Below, in pieces: positions 45,505 through 56,579 of a DNA stretch of 64,000 nt (the stretch's first letter is position 1; the number at the start of each line of letters is the position of its first letter). Made by a program: the position numbers and the translations under genes. The stretch covers positions 32,001-96,000 of the IMG/VR virus record IMGVR_UViG_3300045391_000822; one strand, written 5' to 3'. A model generated the notes under the pieces. That model did not search any database. It was not told the origin of the DNA and saw only the letters and a program-made list of their open reading frames with translations. This DNA is from a virus.

Positions 45505-46047
45505 TTACACCGCGGGTGCACCATCGTTGATGATAGCGGAGTCATCAGAGTCATATTGCTCTATGGCAGGCACCTGCGAGTCGTCTACCAAAAGACCGTC
45601 TTCAGTTGTTGCATCCTGCGTCTTCTCAATGTCTTCAACGTCAGGACCATCATCGTTCAACGCGATGTCCTGAGGAGGAACTTGGTCAGAACTATAGTCG
45701 TCTTGAAGAACTTGCTCTTCGTCAGTCAGAGCTAATATGCCGTGCGCCTGCATCATGGCGTTGTCAGCCATGGCAGTTGCCTCGATACTGGTACGCTCCT
45801 GGCGTGCAGCCCATACACGAAGAGAGGCAGCAACACCAGTCCAGTTATCATCCTGTGTAGGAGATGCGTGAGTGTCCAACCGTTCAGACAACATTGCGTA
45901 GAAGACAGATTCCAGTTCTTCCTTATCAACGCCGAGTGAATAGGCGAAGTGATGAACTTGATCGTCAGACGGGTCAGGATTGAGCGACAGGAAGCATTCG
46001 ATAATTTGCGTATATTTGCTTTCCGGTGCTTCGACGTTATGGGTCAT
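45505..46047 (-). CDS. acidic hypothetical protein, first gene of the structural operon
   Basis: RBS GGAGG; CAATTTTA motif upstream. Confidence 0.65.
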   Translation of the reverse strand: MTHNVEAPESKYTQIIECFLSLNPDPSDDQVHHFAYSLGVDKEELESVFYAMLSERLDTHASPTQDDNWTGVAASLRVWAARQERTSIEATAMADNAMMQAHGILALTDEEQVLQDDYSSDQVPPQDIALNDDGPDVEDIEKTQDATTEDGLLVDDSQVPAIEQYDSDDSAIINDGAPAV

Positions 46048-46112
46048 TTGAACCTCCGTGGAATGTCGAAGACGCCTCTAAACTGTCTAGCAGGAAGCGT
46101 CGTATCTATTCG

Positions 46113-46150
46113 TAAAATTGTGACCAAGTGGAATTCGTAGGGCGTAAATA
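46113..46150. promoter_or_regulatory. divergent promoter pair: CAATTTTA (-) and CGTAAATA (+)
   Basis: Both recurring intergenic motifs sit back to back at the strand switch. Confidence 0.55.
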
Positions 46151-47733
46151 TATAACGAGTACCGACCAACAAGGAAAAATGATGACTGGTGAAGAAGCGT
46201 TGGAGGAATGGCGTAAGGAAGAATTGAAGAAGCAGCGTAGTGGTTTTATGAAGCAGGTGGATGAATCGTTTGAGATTCAAGCGAAGTCGTCTATAACCTG
46301 GCATCCATGGTCACCGTTGGTTACCTGGAATGGTTTTAAGGTAGTAGCTCATCTTTATGAAGGAGAACATTATGGAAGTGATTAAGAAAGGAACGCCGAC
46401 AACTTTGCCTATTACGAAGACGTGCGATTGCTGCAACTCCGTGCTGAGGTTCTTTGAGTCTGATGGTCGTATTGAAATGAAATGGGGCAGCAAGCTACTC
46501 CATGTCAATTGTCCCGAATGTGGTCATGAAATCACCGTTACGTTGAGTAAGCCACCTGTGCAGTCTCCGTATTCACTCCAGGTGCCTGCATGAACTCCCC
46601 TCAATGGAAAGATCCGTCAAAAGGAAGACGTCCTACACCGGGACCAATCACCGAACGTTTGGATGAAGAGTTACCATCGTTAAATGAAGTTGTAGACGTT
46701 CTAGAATACCGACATCCTGGACTGAAGCAAGAAATAATGCAGGCTCAGGGTTACAAGGTATCAGCGTCGGTACATAAACCGAAGTAGGGGAAATTCATGT
46801 TAGTTGTTTGTCGTGGTCAGGGTGAGTCAGTTGAGTTTTACAAGGGAGTAGATGTATCGCGTGATCGGGTAATGTGGACAAAGATAGAAAGTGAAGCATT
46901 GCAATTTCGTACCGAAACAACTGCGGCCTACATCTGTGATAAGTATCTTATCAGAGACGCAGAGTTTGTGGAGGTAGGTGATGTCCGTCATTCCTCCTGA
47001 CGATGTTTCTGGAGACCTGACACCAAATAATAGGGATGTAAGACCTGTGAAGTATACGATCTTACGTTCGTGCGTTGAAGAGGTATGGGTTAAGAATTTT
47101 GCACACGACGAACTTCAGTTATACAGGAACTGTATCCTGTGCTACGACACGGTGTACGCATCAGTAGAACGACATGAATTTGTAATTCGTCACGATGCTT
47201 ATGACGAAGCAGGATGTCGGCTTAGCGAAGAAGTATTTGCTTTGCATGTAAGGAAGAACATCGATTCAGCGATAGGACTAATGGCGTTCTATTCAGTGTA
47301 TGAGTTATGTTGTGATTCAGTAGAGCGGAACATTCCAGTGTGGACATACGTACCTACTATAGTGCAGTATCTACATTGGAAAAACTATTTCCTAAAGGGG
47401 TTGAATGATGATGGATCCACAAAAGCTGGATAGCCTGGACATTACTAAAGCTGCTGAACGACTCATGGAAGCTACTGCCAGTATGGCGGTATGGTGGACT
47501 ATGGTGGAGGCAGAGAAGGAATTGGTAGATGGAGATGTTCATCCAGATGACACTGTGGTTCTTTCCTATATGGGTTGCGGGGCATCAACACAAGTTACGG
47601 CAAAGGAGTTACGGCAACTACGAGATGCCCGTAATGATCTCTACACCGTTGCAGAAAATATTAAGGCGTTGATGAGCGGCCTTACTATGAATGTCGAAGG
47701 TATTCTATCAACAAATAAAAATCAGGATGCGCT

Positions 47734-48012
47734 ATGAAATGGATTGTTCTTATAGTCGCGGTACTGGCAGTCACCGGTTGCGATCAAAAGGGTGTGCCAG
47801 AAACTTCGGCTACCGTAGGAGTAGGTGCAAGTTATACGATTGACAAGTTGTTCAAGTATGATGGCTGTACTGTGTATCGTTTCCGTGATGCAGGGTACAA
47901 TAGGTACTTCACAAATTGCTCAGGAAGTACGATTGGTACAGATAGTGAATCCTGCGGGAAGAACTGTACCAACACGTGGGACACAGGTATTTCCGGAGGA
48001 GCTCGACGGTGA
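47734..48012 (+). CDS. lipoprotein (DUF4884-like)
   Basis: Lipobox AVTG-C; KLFKYDGCTVYRF.D. Confidence 0.7.
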   Translation: MKWIVLIVAVLAVTGCDQKGVPETSATVGVGASYTIDKLFKYDGCTVYRFRDAGYNRYFTNCSGSTIGTDSESCGKNCTNTWDTGISGGARR

Positions 48013-48197
48013 CCAGCCTAGATAGTCCTTGTGTAGCCATATGCTCCACACTTTATGATGACGTGTGCAGAGGTTGTGGGCGGACTGTTATGGAAGTAGC
48101 GAATTGGGTGTTCATGTCTCAAGAGGAAAAGGATGAAGTCTGGGTCAGGATCAAAGCAGAGGGGTTCCCTAAAAGGGACCTCACGAAGAAATATTGA
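48009..48197 (+). CDS. DUF1289 Fe-S/Cys protein
   Basis: DSPCVAICST..DDVCRGCGRT..EV.NW. Confidence 0.8.
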   Translation: MTSLDSPCVAICSTLYDDVCRGCGRTVMEVANWVFMSQEEKDEVWVRIKAEGFPKRDLTKKY

Positions 48198-49087
48198 AGC
48201 TGTTCCTAAATACGGTTACCGGGTAGATTTTGATGGCATGGTATGCCGACTTAAGGTAACCAGATTTGAGATAGTTGGTACCTCAGCTAAATCAGTTATG
48301 TACCGAGATGGACTATACGAGAAAGAAATGCGTAGTAAGGTGGCTGCTCTTGATCATCAATGGTTCTTCTCCTTTGAAGAAGCTAAGGTGTTCGCCCTTG
48401 AACGAATAAAAGAATACAAGAGGCGAATAAAGGAACGGAAGAGTTTACTCGATAAAGAAGCGGACAACCTGAAGAACGGGATTGTTTGGTGGTCAGATAC
48501 GATAAAATGGAAACCAGGAACTAAGGTGATTGTATGAGTTATTCATTGCTACCTGCTCTCAATTCGTATCATCGGTTGACCGTGAGTGAAAGGCTACCCA
48601 GTGTAGGTTACAGATTTTTCTTATCACCTAACGGTAGCTACGGCCATCATATGTTGATTCATAAGGAAGGTCGATTCCTATCTGCTATCAGGCAAAATGG
48701 AGCAAACAATCTAGAATCAGCTCTTGCGTATCATGGAGGGTATAGCGCATTCGATGTAGTAAGCAGTGCGTCGGATGTGACCAACGGCGCAGCACGAGCA
48801 TTTCATAAAGCCTTGCAGGACCCTAGTGTTCAATTTCTTGTCCAAGCAGTAGTGATTGATATTGCTACGGCGGCTAAAGAACATGATCAGGATGTCTTGA
48901 AGTACGTAGTGAAGTTTATTAATCAAGCTAGTCTACCAGTGGTGTGTAAGGAGTCTTCTACTGGTTTGGATTTGATAATGGGACACTCTAAGGTGTTGTC
49001 CATAACCGCTCCGAAGAGTTCCGAGTTGATTGCGTTGCTTGGACCTGGTAGCCCTGCAGTAGCTGATAAAAGCAAGAAGCAGATAGA

Positions 49088-49567
49088 ATGAAAATCTATG
49101 CGGCTACAGGACACCGTCCTGACAAGCTAGGTGGCTACTCCAGAGGAATTGAACTGAAGCTCGAGAAACTAGCCCTACGTTACCTGATAAAGAAAAAGCC
49201 AGATAAGATAATTTCTGGTATGGCCCAAGGTTGGGATCTAGCATGGGCAACAGCCGGATTAGAATTAGGTATTCCAGTAATTGCAGCTATCCCGTTTGTC
49301 GAACAATCCACGCGCTGGCCAGAAGAATCTAGGGAACGGTATTCCGATATACTCCAAAGATGTACCGAGGTGAAGTACGTTTGCATTTCAGGTTACGCTC
49401 CCTGGAAGATGCAGGTAAGGAATAGATGGATGGTGGATAATTGTACCAAGTTGGTAGCCTTATGGAACGGGTCTTCAGGAGGTACAGCGAATTGTATCGA
49501 GTATGCCAAATCGGTTAATAGGAGGATCTTTAATCTATGGCCACGCTGGGAGAAGCTTGCAGCGTAG
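49088..49567 (+). CDS. SLOG/YspA-like (DUF1273) protein
   Basis: TGHRP, ISGMAQG.D, AAIPF, RNRWMVD and WNG..GGTANC. Confidence 0.85.
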   Translation: MKIYAATGHRPDKLGGYSRGIELKLEKLALRYLIKKKPDKIISGMAQGWDLAWATAGLELGIPVIAAIPFVEQSTRWPEESRERYSDILQRCTEVKYVCISGYAPWKMQVRNRWMVDNCTKLVALWNGSSGGTANCIEYAKSVNRRIFNLWPRWEKLAA

Positions 49568-50052
49568 AGGAAATTTTATGATCTACCTCATAGGAGAAGA
49601 TCATGTTGATAGACTCTATTACCATGCAGCCGGACGGACCTCGTTTAATAGTTACGCTCATGGGACAACCTCCCGTCACGTTAGAAGGTGACGATATGCT
49701 TTTCCAACAGGCTGCGATGTTCAATACCTTTTTAGGTGCGTACCCAAGTTCTGACTATTCGGTACTAGCCACAGTAGTATCGCAAGACCAGTACACCATA
49801 GAAGTAAATACGTTGAGTTAAGGCGCGTGTACAGGTAGGAGGTGCAAGGCCTCCTACAGACGCGCTGGTCTCCAGTATTTGGGGATCTTAAGTGTTGCAA
49901 AAATGCAACACTCGAATTTACAGACGTGTTACAATAGTGTGCGCGTAGTGGGCGCAAGGTAAGGGTAGAAGTGAGCCTAATGTAGAAGGTGACAAAAGGA
50001 ACAACATGCAGGTCGAAGAACAAGCAACACCCTTAGAACGAGGAGAGGGGGC

Positions 50053-50676
50053 ATGACCAGTGATACATTTCGAGGTCTGGTGACAGGACTGTTGGTTGGT
50101 GCTGTAGCATGGACAGGTTGGATTGGACCCTATGTGGTAGACGAGGTGTCGGCAGTAGCAGCACAAAAGGCACAACCTAAGATAGTTGTTCAACAGTTCG
50201 AGTTGAACTTGATTGTTGAGCCGGTAAGACCACCTTTGGATTTGATGACAAGAGTCCTGGTCGAGCCAATTCGTGTTTCGAAGAAAGAGTTTGATTGTCT
50301 CGCCAAGAATATTTTCTTCGAGGCAGGAGTTGAAGACCGCGATGGTAAGATAGCGGTAGGTCAGTTGGTTATCCAACGTATGGAAAACAAACGTTGGTCG
50401 CAATCAATTTGCGATGTGGTGTACTCGAAGTACCAATTCTCGTGGACTTCGGATTCAGAGAAAAAGAAAGAGACACCGTCAGGTGTTCTTTGGGACGCCA
50501 GCAGACGTGCAGCAAGAGATGTATTGGCAGGAGAACGCATACCAGAGTTGATGGATGCCCTTTTCTACCATGCAAACTATATCAGTCCTCCTGACTGGGC
50601 ATCAGAGCAGTACAAGGTAGCTCAGATAGGTACGCATGTGTTCTATAACAATGATCTAAAGAAGGATAGTAAATGA
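50053..50676 (+). CDS. SleB-like cell wall hydrolase (Hydrolase_2)
   Basis: CLAKNIFFEA, G.IAV..., SICDVVY..YQFSW, ALFYHA.Y..P.WA, IGTHVFY. Confidence 0.88.
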   Translation: MTSDTFRGLVTGLLVGAVAWTGWIGPYVVDEVSAVAAQKAQPKIVVQQFELNLIVEPVRPPLDLMTRVLVEPIRVSKKEFDCLAKNIFFEAGVEDRDGKIAVGQLVIQRMENKRWSQSICDVVYSKYQFSWTSDSEKKKETPSGVLWDASRRAARDVLAGERIPELMDALFYHANYISPPDWASEQYKVAQIGTHVFYNNDLKKDSK

Positions 50677-51712
50677 TCGAGTGTCAAGGAATTATGGGCT
50701 GGCTTCTGGGTCACGACTACGAAGCAATCTTCGACGAAGCTCCACCAGATAATGCCGGAGAGCAGATGGCGAGGATGGGTCACGTCCCGTCATGGGACAT
50801 GGCAGGGGTCATCGAGTCGATGAAGAAGACGGTGTACCAAGGTCACGTTTGCGTCCGTTGTGGTAATCGTGTTCGTCGAGTAGAGAGGATTTAATGATCG
50901 AAGAAATCCTGGCCAAGAGATATAAAGAAACAAAGAAGTTCAAACTAGGCGATGTTACTCCTGGTGAACTTGTTATTGTCAGACTCCCCAACGATGGACG
51001 TCTTGGAGAAGACGATGATGGATGGGATGAATATGTTCATCGGGTTGCCATGGTCATGCGACATGAGAAGTCCACAACGGAATCGTGGGCCTTTTATGTT
51101 TCTGTACACGCTGTAGGGCCAGATGATGTAGAGTCCCCTGGCACGGTAAGGCTTTTGGCAGACGACCTATTAGTGGTCTGGTTAACAGAAGCTGTTTATC
51201 CTATTCGTAGGCTTGAGGATTAATCGAATGAACTTGAAAGAAATCTTGGGACGTGAACGAGTCCTGAACACCAATCTGGCCGAGGCCAAGCTCCGTTTCT
51301 ATAAGGACAAGATAGGAGACATGTCCTACGACGAGGTCTTGAAGCTCGCAGTAGAAGCGGAAGACATCTATAAGTATCTGCCGCCAGGTGATCCGGCACA
51401 AGAATTCATGTACCGGCAGATGTACAATATGTATCAGTACGCTAATTATCTCAACGTGATCGAGAAGCTGAATCGCAAAGATCATCAAGTGGAGATAACG
51501 GCACTGGTTTCATACGGCCCCGAAGTTGCTGAACATAACTTCTTGGTCAACAAGCACGATATGATAGTTTCGTACAACAAGAAGTCGAAAGTGGTCGAAG
51601 CGGAAGTGGTATCTGCATTACGATCGGCAGATGTTTGGATCAAATACCCGATCGAAGTTGTTGTTTATTAATATCAGTCTCGTATATCCATTCCAATCGT
51701 AAAGGAATAACC

Positions 51713-52513
51713 ATGGCTCACAAGAATCGTTCTATCCGTTTTTCCGACCTGCGTGCAGGCGTTACCATTTATAGCGCTGATGGTGGCAAGGAAGTTTGCG
51801 CAATTCAGGTTTTGAACAAACCTCGCATGACCCGGATTACGGAAGGTATATCAGAATACGCATTTTCGTTCCGACGAGCCAGTTCGTTGCGTGAACATGA
51901 AATGTTTTCCGATAGTACCTACCTTTCCAGTGCAGGTATGCAAGGGTTCGATACACAAGGACGGCCGCCTATATTCTATATGTCGAGACGAGCTGCGGAA
52001 CGAGCTCTACCTAAGGTGGCTGCATGGTACGAGTATCTTCGTAGCACTCGTGATCCGGCAGACGATTTCTTCGATAGTCTCGATCATCATGGAGGTGATG
52101 ATCGAGATCTTTCGGAAGAAGCAGAAGAGAAGCATCTGCGCTTCGAAGGTAAGGGAGTAATACATCTGTATGTAAGCCAGCAAACCACAGAACACCATTT
52201 CCAGCAAGTAGATTTTCGTATCTGGGTTCCTGAAGACCAGGCTTGGTATTACGGTTACCGAGCAAGTAACGGTGACATCCGTATCGACTATATGTTGGAT
52301 GATCATGGTTCGTTCCTGGATGAACCACGAATGTTCTTTGTTCGTCGGAATGAAGAATGGAAAAACGTGAGCAACGATGTAGGCCTGTACGGCAGTCACG
52401 TGAAGTATGAACGCCGCCATGAAGCAAAGAAGTTGCCGGCTGATGAAAAATGGACTCCCATTCTTAATGGGAAACTTGAATTTCTCAAACACGAGAGTTT
52501 GATCAAATACTGA
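51713..52513 (+). CDS. hypothetical protein
   Basis: RBS AAGGA before ATG (MAHKNRS...). Confidence 0.6.
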   Translation: MAHKNRSIRFSDLRAGVTIYSADGGKEVCAIQVLNKPRMTRITEGISEYAFSFRRASSLREHEMFSDSTYLSSAGMQGFDTQGRPPIFYMSRRAAERALPKVAAWYEYLRSTRDPADDFFDSLDHHGGDDRDLSEEAEEKHLRFEGKGVIHLYVSQQTTEHHFQQVDFRIWVPEDQAWYYGYRASNGDIRIDYMLDDHGSFLDEPRMFFVRRNEEWKNVSNDVGLYGSHVKYERRHEAKKLPADEKWTPILNGKLEFLKHESLIKY

Positions 52514-52611
52514 AAAGACACCCTGGTGGTGAAAGCTTTCGAGAAAAATAGGAACGTGGAGCAGAAATGGCTTGCCTCGTTCCTATCTAATATATTCTTA
52601 GGAGATTAGTC

Positions 52612-53145
52612 ATGCACGGTTACAATGAGTTCCTTCGCACGCGGAAATTGCGTACACCTTATCTGATCCAACGAGGACAGATAAAAGCAGATCTAAAACC
52701 TGAGCATGGTTTTACAGCTACCGTGAAGTTGGATTACATGGGAGCTGCCGAGTTTGAATTCGGGGCGCCAAGGCGTAGTTTCCAAGCCATGGACGAACTG
52801 AGTAAGGAAGGAGACCGCGATCTGTCTCTAAGGGTAGTCAAAAGTATCAAAGGCATGGGGAGTCATTGGCTCCGTACAGTGAGCGCGCTGACCGAAGCCG
52901 AGCACCGAGAGTATGAAGGCTATCTTCAACAGCTTTGGGCAGACAGTCTTCGTACCAAGGAATGGACCAACTTCAACGACAAGCAGTTGATAACCAGACG
53001 CGGTTCATTTGGATACACCAACATCTGGTGGGATATCGATAACAACGTTATCTTTTCATTCGATAGCGTGTACATGCGCGATGTTGTTCGTACTGCTCTA
53101 CAGGTGACCTTCGATAATATTCGAGATCCAAAGGAATCGAAATGA
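52612..53145 (+). CDS. conserved hypothetical phage protein (DYMGAAEFEFG motif)
   Basis: RBS AGGAG; LDYMGAAEFEFGA and WWDIDN motifs. Confidence 0.7.
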   Translation: MHGYNEFLRTRKLRTPYLIQRGQIKADLKPEHGFTATVKLDYMGAAEFEFGAPRRSFQAMDELSKEGDRDLSLRVVKSIKGMGSHWLRTVSALTEAEHREYEGYLQQLWADSLRTKEWTNFNDKQLITRRGSFGYTNIWWDIDNNVIFSFDSVYMRDVVRTALQVTFDNIRDPKESK

Positions 53146-55493
53146 GCGCGTACAGAGGTTATGCAGGTATCGAGTGCATAGGGGCAGTCCTTCATGCACT
53201 CGAGGAAGCAAGGGTCCCATTACGTATAGTTGAAATGGTTACCGTTAGTCTCGATAAGGTACATTATCGCAATCATCTGGTTGCTCATTTCAAATGGTTT
53301 TCTTTAGACCCGCTCAAGCCATCGTTCAGAACGGCATTGTTGAAGTTTGATTCGGTTCAGTATCCGCAATACGAATATTCTCAACTGTACACCGATGGAA
53401 GTGTAGAACCGAAGTTGGTTCTCAGCGGCGAGGATAATCCGGCTTTCATCTTACCGGAGGTAACTCCAGAAGTCCTGGAATTTGCAAATAAATTCTTTTA
53501 TCCTCAACCTATTGAAAGAGAATTGATGGAGGAAGCAGGTGCAGTTCTCGCTATAGGTCCTTCCGATAGGCTAGTGGTAACCTTTACAAAGGAAGAAGGC
53601 ATTGAAAAATTCCTGGCCTACACAAGAGAACATCTACGTTGGAAGCAAGCACCCGAAGATTGAATTCGGGACGCTTAGACTTCAACAGGTGCTGGGATGG
53701 TTAGCATTCCAATCCCACCACGGGTTTAGAAAGGTTCCGTTGGAAGCGATGGCCAAGGCACTATGGGGCAAATCCATATCAGGATATACCAGACCTCTTG
53801 AATGGAGGGAGCCCATACTCCACTGTATGGCCATGGTAAATAGGATGGTCAAACTTAATCTCGTTACCTTGAAAAGGGAGTCCTTCCGGGTAGGTTATGT
53901 AGAACTTACTGAGCGTGGAATTCTTATCTACGCCTCACATACCTTTGAAAGAGAGCACCGTTATGAACAAGAAAGACAGTTCCAAAAAGATCAAGAACGA
54001 GCAAGATACCAAGTACGCAGGAATCGAAAAAGAAAGGCTCGAAGAAGTGAGGCAACAAATTCCGCCTGAATATGTGCAGCGGCGTGCAGCGCAGATATGG
54101 CGCCGATTGCTTGGCGATCCCAAATTCCAAATCGAAGCGCCCGGAGAAGAAACTTACCGAGGTAGCTTTGCAACTGCGCTGGCTTCGATGGCAGCGAAAA
54201 ATGCTGAGCCTGACAATGATGCGTATCAGATCTTCGAAGATCGGCTAACAGAAAGCTTGTGCGAGCCATTCGTTCTTGAAGCGGCTGCATCTTCTGGTAA
54301 AGAAAGAAAATGGGTGCGCGCCCTCACCAGTATGGAAGTGGATTATCATCCGGACGAAGCATTGTCGGCAGCCGCGGCATATGCCAATATTTCCAAAATG
54401 CGGTTCCCTTATAAGACGAGGATGTATACCCATACGTCTTACAGTGGGAGCCGTCCATATGTTTCTGCGATGATTGGTTATCAATCGGATGCTGTACATC
54501 ACTATCCAGCGTTCATGCTGGACGGAAAGCCGCAAGGTTGGTTATTGACTAAGTTGCAGGGGCCTGACATTGAAGGACTCCTTGTTCATATTGAAACGAT
54601 CTACAAGATCGGACACGAAGGCCGTGTACTAGGTGTTGGAGAAATCGAATGGGTTGGTTGAATTTCTGGCAAAGAATTAAGGCTGGCTGGGCACGAAGAA
54701 TACTCGCTCAGGCAATGGTAGAGCTCAATAAGCCGTATGGGTATTTTCTTTGCGAGGTGCTCAACTGGTCTATGTATCACGGATTCTCTCCATCGGAACG
54801 ATGCACGTACCTGAGTTCGTTCGACCGTGTACGCCGACAATTGAAGGCTTCCATTATGGAACAGCTCAACGGAGAACTTACCGTTGATAGCTATGTCTGT
54901 CGTCACGTAGATAAGGGCATCGATAGTCTTAACTTTCGAATGATGAAACAGATAAGGCTGATGTGGTGCTTGAATTCGATGGCGCATATCAGGATCACCA
55001 GTAGAATTGAGATGTCGTCGCTATCAGATACGGTTACCGAGATGTTGGAAGGAGTGAAGCGTAAATAGGTATTACTATCTGTATTTGAAGGTTCATTAAA
55101 TGAGAACATCTGTAGATGCAGGCGCTTTACAACTAGCTCTCAATGTCTTGGAAAGAGGCACTCCTGTTCAGCGTGAAGTTGCGCAAGAACTACGGGCAAC
55201 AGCAGACACTTACGAATACCAATGGTACAAGCAGGTCGACATACCAACCCATAGTGGTGTTTACTGGGCAGAATTTGTAAACGTCGAGGGCGGAGAAGAC
55301 AAGGTTGAAGGCTTTCTCCGCATGGATATAGTGTCACGTCAAGGTATACGCCAGATAGATGTCCCTCCAAAGGGAATTCGTCATGAGCAATATTGCTGGG
55401 AAGCAATGCGTAGGTACCATAGGATCCCTCATCAACTTTATGAAGAGCCAACTGTCCTAGGTGAAGGACAGTCCTCTATCAATTGGGATTGAC

Positions 55494-55694
55494 ATGGCTG
55501 AAACATACAAGAAACATGAATACAAAATTTTGGCGGAGATGAGTACCAGCAAGCTTGAACACGAGGTTGAAACTCACCTCTTCCAAGGGTGGCTTCCCCA
55601 AGGTGGACTGGTCATAGAGCCAGTACAAGGATACTATTGCCAGGCTATGATTAAGCTCGTAGAGCCGAAGTGGCCGTACAGGTCTAAGGTGTAA
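55494..55694 (+). CDS. DUF1737-like protein
   Basis: YKIL...LE..V...L..GW.PQGG...Y.QAM; paralog at 60417. Confidence 0.6.
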   Translation: MAETYKKHEYKILAEMSTSKLEHEVETHLFQGWLPQGGLVIEPVQGYYCQAMIKLVEPKWPYRSKV

Positions 55695-55696
55695 TA

Positions 55697-56101
55697 ATGG
55701 ATTGTCCGGAATGTGGCAAGCCCAGTCGCGTACTGGACAGTCGCAAAGTAGATGCAAAGGTATACCGAAGGCGCGTATGTAAAGCGTGTGCCTTCGGTTT
55801 TACCACGTATGAGGTGTACGACAAGAATGCCTCAAGACCAAACCTTCCCAGAGTAAAGAGAAAGAAAATGGCTATCAGTCCTCAGCAAATTCTCACACAA
55901 CAAGCCCAGGCAGTGGTGTCGCGTATCGCCCTTCCGGAACCTCCTTCTTCTACGTTGAAGATCACCAAGGTAGAGATCCCGACACACTCAGGTCTTACTG
56001 TTCCTGGTTCGACGATGGCTAACTTGTCTCAAGAGCAATTGGAACGTAAGAAGCGTTTGCGCGATCTCCTTAATCGTCAGGTGGAGGAGGATGATGAGTG
56101 A
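55697..56101 (+). CDS. NrdR-like zinc-ribbon protein
   Basis: MDCPECG..SRVLDSR...RRRVCKAC..FTTYE; no ATP-cone domain. Confidence 0.8.
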   Translation: MDCPECGKPSRVLDSRKVDAKVYRRRVCKACAFGFTTYEVYDKNASRPNLPRVKRKKMAISPQQILTQQAQAVVSRIALPEPPSSTLKITKVEIPTHSGLTVPGSTMANLSQEQLERKKRLRDLLNRQVEEDDE

Positions 56102-56579
56102 TATCCAACGTGTGAACATCCACCATCTTACAATGTGGGACTTGGAATATTGGGCGGCCAAGGCCATTGGGTTTGATGTGTACCATTCCCAAAATGGGAA
56201 TTGCCCGGTGGTAGCCGTACCAGGTAAGATATGGAGCACTCCTATGGTGGAGATGCACTACGACTTATCAAGTAGCATGTATTCCCTTAGTCATTTTCTC
56301 CATCACTTCAAGGTGGAGTTCAAGTGGGTCGACTACCTAGGCCACCAAAGTCTTGCGTCTAGTGCAATGTCGAAGTCTGGGCAGAGATTGGAAGTAGCCT
56401 CAGGAGTTGATGAGAGTAGAATCAATATCTATCCGCGTACAGCCTGTAAGGCCTTGGTAGTTGCCTATCATCAGGACTTCTGGATTCCTATTCCAGAAAA
56501 AGAACATCGACCTAGCCCTAAGGGGCTGTGCTTTGATAACGAAGAAGCATACAAACAATGGTATAAGGAGCAGTCATGA
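56091..56579 (+). CDS. NinX/DUF2591-like protein
   Basis: L...LEYWAAKA.G ... ACKALV pattern; paralogous to 60637. Confidence 0.5.
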   Translation: MMSDIQRVNIHHLTMWDLEYWAAKAIGFDVYHSQNGNCPVVAVPGKIWSTPMVEMHYDLSSSMYSLSHFLHHFKVEFKWVDYLGHQSLASSAMSKSGQRLEVASGVDESRINIYPRTACKALVVAYHQDFWIPIPEKEHRPSPKGLCFDNEEAYKQWYKEQS

